Shown: in pieces, positions 54,171-64,000 of the stretch
How positions within the stretch are numbered: the first letter of the stretch is position 1
How the letters are laid out: each line of letters starts with the position of its first letter
Source of the DNA: the human T2T-CHM13v2.0 reference genome, Homo sapiens
NCBI RefSeq assembly: GCF_009914755.1
Contig: NC_060931.1
DNA length: 64,000 nucleotides
Reading direction: 5' to 3' (one strand)
Position numbers and translations under genes: made by a program
Notes under the pieces: generated by a model
What the model was told of the DNA's origin: nothing
The model's input: only the letters and a program-made list of their open reading frames with translations
The model's database searches: none

Positions 54171-55466
54171 TTGTTGAAAATAGCATGATTCTATATCTTG
54201 CTAATATAAAGTAAGTATATAGTTACAAGTTTTAAAACTTTTAAATAACAGAACCGGAAACTATGTATGTTTAAAGTATAGCAGTAATATTCTGTTGAAT
54301 ACAAATATATAAATTATCCACTTTTGGAGTGGCTCTTTTTTTTTTGGTCAGAAGATATTATGAAGCATATTAATTGAGGTGTTTTTTTTTTACACTTGAG
54401 GTCTTTCAGTGAAGACATTTAAAATAATGCTATTAGTTCTATTGACTTTTTCATTTCTTATATCAATTCTGGCACGTATCTGTATCATAAAACAGTGAGA
54501 AAAAAGAACTGTCAAGTTTTATATCAGGCTTTTTTTTTTTTTTGAGTGGGAAAGAGGACTGGTGTAGGGAAAGGAGAAAAGAGCAGGAAGAAGGCTGTAA
54601 AGAAAGCTATGATATGATATTAAAATTAGGCAGATTGCACAAGATTGCATAAAACCCCATGCCATCTTTCTGCTTTGGCCCAAATGATTTAAGAGCTAAT
54701 GAGCTCATGCTCCTGCGTCTTCGACTCTTGTGTTACCGTTTTATCAAAATGAAGTATGAAGGTTTTTTGCATCTGGCTTCTCTTTTGAAGTGATTCTAAC
54801 TGCGGAGGGATTGCTAACTGAACTGAACGCTTCAAGAAAGCCAATTTATTCAGCTGGTTGCAAAGCCTTTGACCTTAATGGTGGGACTTGGCAAATCAAT
54901 GCATACACGTATGTTTAGCGTTCTGTCAAGAATTGCGAAAATGCTCTGTAAGCCATAGATCCTTCTGCAAAATACTAGTTTGTAGTTTAGTTTAAACATT
55001 AGTCTTTTTTCAGAGGCCAATGAGGCTAGTTAATTAAGCCTGAGGGGTTATGAACTGTTGGCAGTTAATAAGTCATAAAATTCCTCCATAAAACAGGATG
55101 CAAGATTCCATCACTGAAGCAAAGAGTACAAAGAGCCGGTGTATAAATATCTAATTGTACCAAAGGACTGGGCTTTCTCAATGACTGCTCATCTGGAGTC
55201 TCCAGGGCATGCTCGCTGTGGTTTCCTGATTTTTAGAAGCCAGTTTAAAAAATGAGTGCATTAAAGGGTAATTTGCCTGAAAGTTCAGGAAGTAAAGGGG
55301 GTGGTGTGGAAGCAGGCTGAAAGGGAGAAAGAAAAGAGGAACGTAGTGAGAAGACAGAAAATGAGAAAGAAAGTGGTAGAAAGACAGGGAACTAGAAATC
55401 AGAAAGGTTGTCTCCACACAAAGTTAGACATGACTGTATTTGTCGTCTGTTTTCATTTCCCTGTAG

Positions 55467-55586
55467 GATGTTCACCATGGAAACGGTACCCAGCAGGCCT
55501 TTTATGCTGACCCCAGCATCCTGTACATTTCACTCCATCGCTATGATGAAGGGAACTTTTTCCCTGGCAGTGGAGCCCCAAATGAG
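55467..55586 (+). CDS. HDAC9: HDAC9 coding exon (probably exon 20), 120 nt: [40 protein letters not shown]
   Basis: ccctgtag| acceptor, GAG|GTTCGG donor, DVHHGNG Zn-binding motif and SLH/FFPGSG motifs. Confidence 0.97.
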
Positions 55587-55649
55587 GTTCGGTTTATTTC
55601 TTTAGAGCCCCACTTTTATTTGTATCTTTCAGGTAATTGCATTGCATGA
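55587..55649 (+). CDS. HDAC9: Intron read-through C-terminus [20 protein letters not shown] (short HDAC9a-type isoform)
   Basis: Open frame continues past the weak GTTCGG donor to TGA at 55647-55649. It matches my recollection of the alternative C-terminus of the truncated HDAC9a isoform. Confidence 0.75.
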   Translation, partial: VRFISLEPHFYLYLSGNCIA

Positions 55650-55899
55650 TTACCCCTAATTTTCTTGTCCTTTGCTGGTGTTTTAAATTACACGAGATTA
55701 CTGAATTGTCCCATGGGACCAAGAACCAGTGCAGAACAAGTGCATAACCCAGAGCACTGTTTGTCAGGGAAGGTTGGGCTGATTTGATGTGTTGTTTGAT
55801 GTTTATTTCAAGAGCTCCCATGTGCTTGTTTTCCTCTCTTCTTGCTTTCTTCCATTTGCTCTCTTCTCTGCCCACCGTGGTGTGTCTTTCTCTTCCCAG

Positions 55900-55997
55900 G
55901 TTGGAACAGGCCTTGGAGAAGGGTACAATATAAATATTGCCTGGACAGGTGGCCTTGATCCTCCCATGGGAGATGTTGAGTACCTTGAAGCATTCAG
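55900..55997 (+). CDS. HDAC9: HDAC9 coding exon (probably exon 21), 98 nt: VGTGLGEGYNINIAWTGGLDPPMGDVEYLEAF(R)
   Basis: tcttcccag| acceptor, CAG|GTTGGT donor. Contained in ORF-track entry 55789..56019. Confidence 0.97.
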
Positions 55998-58154
55998 GTT
56001 GGTACTTCTTTCTCTCTGAAAGTGGCAAATTGGAAAATAAATGTCCATTGAAATAACACCAAATATGGAAGAGAAATGTAAATGTCTAATTAAGGTAAAT
56101 TATCGCTCAAAGCCACATAAGAATATGTATAAGAAGAAAAGATCTATCAAGACCTGGTTTTGATTATACAGGTATATTGGCCAATGGCCCATTTTCCCCC
56201 TTCCCTCCCAAATAAGGAGGAAAAAATATTTTATTATTAAATAGTTCTCTCTGGAAAATTCTGCCTATTTTAACATATGATGTGGTTTTTACAGTAGACA
56301 TTAGCATATTCATTGCCCTGAGAAGTCCTTCATTACCTATTTGATTTTGTTGAACAAGCATTTCTCAAACTTCATTGGACTACAGAATCCCTTTTTTACA
56401 TAGCACCATTTAGCATTCCTAGTTCTGGGGAGCTCACTCATTTTCATGACATTGGCCAAGGCAATCTCATTTGATGGTAGGGTAAATGACTTTTGTATAG
56501 TTTTCCTTTCACATGAAAACATTAACTAATTAATTGGTTGCTTCCATTTTCTCTGGAACAAAATCTACAAAATGTAACATTAAGTACAGTGTATTCACAT
56601 AGCATTCTGCTTTTGTCTAAGCAAATAACTAAATATTAATATAAATAAGAAAAAGCAAATCAAAGGCTTCTCTTTGAGAGAATTTTAAAAATGAGCATTT
56701 CTTCTCTGGAATTAAGAAAATATTAGTTTGTAGTTTAAACGTTAGTCTTTCTTCAGAAGCCAGTGAGTCTAGTTAATTCAACCTGAGGAGCCTCCCTTGC
56801 AAGATTTTTGGAAGAGGTTTTAGCCTATTGGTAATGCATAATTTCTCGAATTTTTTATTTAGTTGAAAGCAAAACAACCACATGAAAAAAACTTACATGT
56901 GTTCATAGTTTTGAAATTTGCCATTTATAAGTTCCCATGAAGAAAATCCTGTTGATACCCTATATTTGAAACTTGTGGAAATAATAGGGAAATTTTTTAA
57001 TTAATGAAGTTTTGGTGGGTTTCTTTTGTCCTGTGTGTCATGCATACTTCGTTGTCTTATTTGAAGTTCATTTCTCATGAGAAAGCAGGTCCAGGAAAAA
57101 TGATAGAAAAATAGCTATTTAAAAAATACATTTAAAATAAATATGTTTGGCTTGGCATTCAAGATACAAAGGAAAATTCTACCCACATTCTGGAATGTGT
57201 ACTTTGGGAAAAAATATACACAAAGATATCCACAATGTTGTAGAAAAAAATGGCTGGAATAAAATTTTCTACCGTAAACTTGGGTTGATTGTGAAGATAT
57301 TTTGCTTTAATTAGGAGCAAAATAAAAAATTATGTTAAAAAACAGAAGTTTTAATGTTATGAATTCTCTTTTTCAACATCACAAATACCATTACATTTGC
57401 AAATTTCACAAACATTATTAATATCTTGTAGGAACTTTAACAGGATAATAGACTTCAATATTATATCACATATGAATTTATTTGTCTGCCTCCCAAGTTA
57501 ACCTGGTAACTTGCATGATACACATTAAATTCATGTTAAATACACATTAAATTCTCAACCTTACTATCTCATATAATCATATCCATTATCTTTGATGCAG
57601 AATTCATAGATTTTTTAAATTATCGTAATTCCATTTGGGGTACTATAGCTTTATATAAAAATAAATCATGTATGCACAGCAATGAAAGGCAACTTCTATT
57701 TTGTGCCTTTGTTTTCCCATCACAAAGTGAGCGGTGGATGAGATTTTTTTCTAAAGAACCTCTTTGAACACAACCATTCCATTAAATAATGTAAACGCAG
57801 ATATTAAGTGCACATATTGTTTTGTGATTTAAATGGTAAATGAATGAAGTACTCCTGAATGGGGTTGACGATTCTCAGAATGGCGCCTTCTCTTTGCCTG
57901 GAAGGTGGACACTTTATATTAGCAAACTTTTCTAAGCTTCCCAGTGTATCTCCATTACTTGAGTTTCATTAGAGAAGTGGCATTATCTAGCTGGGATGCA
58001 GAAATGTAAATTTCTGGCTTTCAATGTCCATATTTATTTAAGAACCAGATTTAATTCATAAGACTCCTGCCATTTTGAACTATGGCCTGTCTGCTATTCA
58101 TCATTTATGACCAGAAGTACTTGTGAATTTGTTACGGCTAGGTCAAACAGGTAA

Positions 58155-58470
58155 GTCATTCATTTCAAAAACCATCATTGAACACATATTATATGCTGGG
58201 CACTGTGGTAAGCACTTGGAATTCAGAGCTGTTGTTACTTTCAGGGATCAGAATATATGTCATACGTATTATTCTAGAGAACAGAAGCGCTCAGAGCAGA
58301 TAAAATGATTAACTTGTCCTCAATGGTTTCAGGAAAGGTTTCATCAAGTATTGTTCAACCTGTGCTTCTAAAGATGAGTGGGAACTTTCAAGGGGAGAAG
58401 AGGAGTTGGAGTCGGGGGTATTCATACTGACTGGGCAGAGAGAGTGAACTGTGAAATGCATGGAGCCATG
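58155..58470. mobile_element. L2 fragment
   Basis: tcattcatttcaaaa...attgaacacatattatatgctgggcactgtggtaagcact. Confidence 0.65.
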
Positions 58471-59469
58471 AAATGATCTTTCTGTATTGGCTCAAGGACA
58501 TGAGGTGGGATTGGTAGAAAGAAAATAAATCATATTTTGTAAACTCTTATGCAGGCAAAGGATAGCCCATCTATATATGTATATACTCCTTTGTCAATTT
58601 GGGCTTAGTCAGATAGACTGCCAAATAATTTTTAACGTAGTATTATTTTCTAAGCTTATCCTTAATACACTTCTTGTTTCCTAGTATTGAACCAGAAGAT
58701 CTTTCTGGCATCTGTGTGTGGGTGCAGGAAATGGAGGTGGGGGAAAGAGTAAATGGTGCCTTTTCTTTTCTCTTAGTTTTTAATTGTTTCTGGACTCTTA
58801 CAAGTATCTTTTGAAGGAAAATCTCTCTCCCTGTGAAGCTACATTTATAGTGGGATGTAAGATCGCTGCTTATTTTACTAGCCAAAATTTGTCACATATA
58901 TTGCCTTCATGGTTTCTATTATGTGCTTTTTCTATAGCAAAAAAATCATAGACAAACCAAAGATTTCACATTTACTGTAAGCTTTAAATAGAATTTAAAA
59001 AATATAATAGAATAACTAAATTATTTCAAATGACTAGTTATTTCTTCCAAGCAGTTATCATTCATCTCTGAAATAATTGAAGGGTATACTTAAGATTCTT
59101 CACGAGAATTCTTAAAATATTCAGTATCAAATATCTTTTATGTTCAACTAAAATATATTTCCGAGGTTACCATTGTATAAAATAATTATGACTATTTTTA
59201 TTGGGGTCTTACATGCCAGGTCCTAGATTAGAAACTTTATAGACATTATGGCTAATTCTTAAGTGCTTTATATAAGTCACGGAACTACTAATTGGAAGGG
59301 CAGTAATTTGAACTTAGTTTGTGACTCTACAATCTATGCTCCTTTTCTCACACCACATTGCTACTCTCTTCTGTTTATGACTTAAAATACTCAGGAGTAA
59401 TAAAGCACAGTGACTTTTTACCAAAGTGTAAGACCTTCATGCCCGCATAGCCTCCCAACCTAAGGCACA

Positions 59470-59555
59470 AATGCCTAGTGAACAACATGGCAGAGAAGAG
59501 CTATTCAATAATATTTGGTTGAATGAGTCAATGAATGAATGAATGAATGAATCAG
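59470..59555 (+). mobile_element. L2 3' end with (GAAT)n tail
   Basis: caataatatttggttgaatgagtcaatgaatgaatgaatgaatgaat. Confidence 0.7.
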
Positions 59556-62500
59556 AGAAGAAAGAGGGAATAATGTTGTCAATGGGAGCATTGTCAAGCT
59601 CAGGTATTAAGCGAACCTAGCAAAAGTCTGAGGGAACTACCTTGGCTTCTTAAAAACTATGCTCTACAAAGAACTCTGAACATCTATTCATTTTGTTATA
59701 AGAATGTCAGACTTGTCTTTATTGAACAAATCTTTTGCTGAATGCCTGCTAAGGAATCTCTGTTTCAATCATTTCAAAAGGATGTTCCAATGGTTTTATA
59801 CTCTCTACAGTCCATTGATGAGGATTGGGCACATTATTTTTTCTAAAGACTAATTCTTTTAAGAGTACTGCAAATGTTAAAGTGATTATTTATGTCAGAC
59901 CATTTAAGTGGTTTGTTTATAGTGGGCAAGAGACAATTATGAATCTCATGCTTCTGTTTAAATCTGAGAAAAATATCTTCAAATGTTTAAAAAATAAGTA
60001 GCAATTTCCAACGAATAAGATTTTATTTAGTAGTCCTTGAAATTATGCCTGTTTTATTAAATAAATAAACAAATGAGTGAATGGAGGACAATTCCTTTGT
60101 AGCCCCTTTTAATTTCAAGAAAAGAAATATAAGCCCCTTCAATTTAGCAGGTCTTAATGAAATAATTAAAGTGACCCATCTGGCATATACTGAGGACTAG
60201 CTAAAGAAAGGTCATAGAGCTCTTGATCTGGGTTCTTTAGATGCAAACAAGTTCTAATTTTAAATATCATCTTTTCATGTCAGTATGTTGTAGTATGTAG
60301 CTACCTTAATTAATATTTGTTGTTGATGCATATTTTCAATAGACAGTGAATCTGTACATATCAGCTCTTCAGGGAAGTTCATCTCAGGGGAAAACTCTGA
60401 CCCAGAAGGACTCTCTTGCACTGAGGTTGTCAGTATGCCAACTGAAAAGGGGACTTTGAGAGAGTTGTCTAGTAGAGGTAGTGCACATTTAGTCAAAATT
60501 TTGGGGGTTATTATTGAAAACTACCTATTTTTATTTTATTGACTTATGTAGGTAGTATCTGTATTTAATCGAAATGCTATGTGCTTCTAAATTTAGGCAT
60601 TACTAAAATATTTTGGACATATCATTAACTGGAATTTTTAGAAGCTTAATGTTTTTGCTATATAGTCAAAGCCATTGAACCATTTGAGCACATACAAGCA
60701 GCCCAGTGTCTATCTCTTTCTCCTGTCTTGAGTTCATATCTGTTTACTTTAATGACATAAGCAAAATTAAAGTCCATTAATGCAAAATTGTGATTGGAAA
60801 TCTGTCCAGATATCCTGTCTATTCTTAGTTCACAGTCAAAGTGGCAATTCTGTTCCTGATGCTGAGTCTTTAATATAAGAATCATGGCTTCCGGGGATTC
60901 CTCCCCTGCTTGTGACAAAAATGTAGAAAGGGCATTTAACTCAAGTGCAGAATGAAATAAAACCTTTTATTGTCATATCCACACTGCAAGTGCTCCTTGG
61001 ACAAGTCAATAATGGTCAGCCTAGAGATTTCTTAGAATGGTTGGGTTTACCTTGGAACTATAGTAGATAATTTGGGGCAGGGCACATAAATAAGTTAAAT
61101 ATATTTTTCTCTCATTCTTATTTTATAAAATATATCATCATTATTCTGGCTAATTCTTAGAAGATTAACTTCTAAATATTCTTGTTATATGTATAAACTG
61201 AAAAAGAGGTTTCTAAATTCTATTTAAGAGATAAAATGGGACCACAAGTAAATATTTGCATTCACTCTTTTGGTAATGACAATTAAGTAAATACTGTTTG
61301 GATTTTTTTTGTTCTTGTTCTTATTTTTAATATTTTAATATAATTTCATGATAAGTGAATGTAGAATAATACCATTGTAAAAACAACAATATAATAATAA
61401 TAACACAGTAATATAGAGTATTCGTTGAGGCTTTAATTTTTGCTAGTTGTTTATTTTTTTAAAAAGCTTTTCAAGTCCTTGAGTTAGGTGCTTTTGTTTT
61501 CCACAGGCAGTTACCACGCTTCTTGAGCTTCGGTAGGTTTCCTGATGTCACACAGCTGGTATATGGTGATCAGGGCTTCTGAGGCAGCAAGTGTGATTTT
61601 GGAGACAGTACTTTGTTGGTCCCAAACCATACAGGAACTGTAGTCCCTGTGTCAAGAGTATGGGATAACAAAACAATCATATAGCGAAAAATTCTTTGCA
61701 ATGCATTTTAGTCTATTTAACTTTGGCTTGGACATCTAAACTGGTAAGTGCCCCAAAATTGAAAATTTAGACTTTCACTACCCTTGATATCTCCAAGCCA
61801 CTTCTCCTTGTGTCTTCTCCTCATCTGACATAGTAAGAGAGCCTATCAAATTAAACCCTTGGTTCTTTTTTTCCTTTTAATAACCGATCTAATTACAACG
61901 GGGATATAAATGTTTTCATCTTTGTTAAAAGAAATATTCTTCTTATGTATGCATTTAGATTTTGTGGAAAGGATATGTAATAGAACTTGAAAATACCAAA
62001 TTAAATTTTAATAGAATATATAGTGAAAAATGAACATTTAGATTTAACTTTGAAATAAAGCATGATTTCGTTGTCATCTAAAAGTCATGCTTAACAATGT
62101 CAAATGATTTGGGATCTTAATTTGTCAATGAGAGCTGTGGTTGATGCTTCCCAGTCTTGCAATGGATTCTCAATTGTTAGTGACAAGTAAATATATTAAG
62201 CTCATGATATCATGTATTTTCCCAAGGATGTTGAAGACAGTTTGAGAAAGAGGGTGGAGTTTCTTGAAACAATTTGCCAATATGAAATACTGTACATATC
62301 AAATTGGCCCTACTACCATCTTTCCCAGACCATTTATCATACCTCACAAATCCAGCCCACATTTTCTCTTTCTGAAAGACTTGACTAATAAAGAAGATGT
62401 GGGCTTCAATCTGAACTTGTCAATCAATCTTAGTAACAAAGCAGTAATGATTTTCATCTATTAATGATTTATTTCAATAAAAAGCAATACATATGAATTT

Positions 62501-64000
62501 ATTGCTAGTGTGAACCACAATTATTCACTGTCCAGATTCCATTCTCTATTTTCCGTATGTTGAGATGTTTCAAAAAGTTTTATCAAAGCGGGTCACAAGA
62601 AAAAAAATCCATAGGAATAAATTTGAGAAAGCTGTCAGCTCTATCTGCTTTTCAGCTTCAAAAATAAATATAGTTTAAGGACATTTTTTCTCTCATCTGT
62701 TCAACATATTGTACCAATTTTCATCAAAAAATTACAATTTCTAGGTGTGTGTCTCTAGATACCCTTAGAATTTCTGCTCTTTGACCCTGAGAGTAAATTG
62801 ATCTTATGCACACCTGTCTTCCTAGGGAAACTTGCAAACTTGATTTTTGAGCCAAGCATCAAAGAGATATGATATTATTAGACAGTATAGAGCTCAGGTA
62901 AAAAGTCCAGGAAGTATCTTGAAGTACTTGAAGTTTTGAAAGGGAAGTGATATCTGCAGTGAAGAGCTATTTAAAGTAGATCAAATGCTACAACTTACTT
63001 CTTCTTATTGTGTTTAAAAGGTCGGATCAGCTATAAAAATTTTAAGACAATATTTTTTCTCTGCCTTAAAATGGTTCTAAAGCCAAAAATTTTCTGGAAT
63101 CTGTATAGCAATTAAACAATTTTCCAAATAATGGGGACTAATTAAAAGGATATCTATGTTTAATTCTTTTCTCTAGAAGTTCTTTCTAAGAAAAAGGTAA
63201 TTTGTATGCCTAGAAGTGATTTGTTTTTGTTTTGCAGATGAAACACTGAATTATATAACCCTTGCCTGCACAAAATCCTCTCAATGTATGTGTAATACTT
63301 TGAAATATCAGGAAATGAAATCTTTTTATGAAATATTATTGTGGAGCATTTTAAGGCCAGAAATAGCAGACATTTTGGACTGTCAAGGAGCTTACGTCAA
63401 TTCATTGACTTAAATAACCTAATCTAGTAATAGTGGAATTGTCGTGTAGTTAATGCTGATATGAGATGGCCAGAATGGAAGGTAAACATAATTAATAAAT
63501 TATAGAGTCACACTTTTCTTCATAGTTCTAGTGAATATTTTAGAATTTGCTTCATTTACTGGTAAGATAAAGCTCTCGCTCAATTAAAAGTTACTTATCC
63601 TTTACTTCATTGAACAGCTGTTTTTCAACCAAATTTCAATGTCTTTGGGTCATAGAGTGAATTTTTTTTTTTGAAACTGAGCAATTACCCTCTTTTTCTA
63701 TGATTTTACATCTAAAGTTTACTACTACTAGACTTATTGAGATGACAAATAATGTGGAAAAAAGAGATTGAATGTTTGTTTTAATATACTGTAAATATAA
63801 ATTTGTAGTCCCTTTTTTGAGAGCTAGATAAATATAATGGCTTACTAGTATTAAAATTTACATATTGACTTTCCCACGTGGAGGAATCATACTCGTGAAA
63901 ACTTTGCTCAACTGAAGGTCTGTTCAGATATTACATCTGAGATGCAGAGCTGAAGTTCACACTGTTTTCTGATGGGCAGGACTTTCAGAGAGTAGTTCAA

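Noticed and set aside
57518-57554. ATACACATTAAATTC repeated twice with a 7-nt gap
   Set aside because: Ordinary slippage micro-duplication in AT-rich DNA.

Overview
Human (primate) genomic DNA, + strand, inside the class IIa histone deacetylase gene HDAC9 (7p21 HDAC9-TWIST1 locus). Five coding exons of the deacetylase domain are present: 13330-13437, 49161-49216, 49461-49548, 55467-55586 and 55900-55997. They splice in frame (VDSDTIWNE...RPPGHHA...GFCFFNS...[13 protein letters not shown]...GYNINIAW...YLEAFR). I number them exons 17-21 from memory of the long isoform. The rest is intronic: Alus, L1, L2, MIR, MaLR/ERVL LTRs, MER20, MER2 and microsatellites. Nearly all ORFs in the supplied track are artefacts. 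I found no new protein-coding system. The best non-obvious observations are: (1) a 7SK copy sitting at the inversion junction of a twin-primed L1, i.e. an apparent 7SK-L1 chimeric retrocopy; (2) two homeodomain+E-box composite (Coordinator / Pitx1:Ebox spacing) motifs in and beside the exon 18-19 pair, which is known to double as a TWIST1-region enhancer; (3) a 72-bp non-TE direct repeat bracketing exons 20-21; (4) a 92-bp inverted duplication of an LTR fragment; (5) an Alu-tail-derived pure (GAA)21 on the sense strand; (6) splice-site features that explain or predict truncated HDAC9 isoforms. Repeat subfamily calls and boundaries are by eye and approximate.
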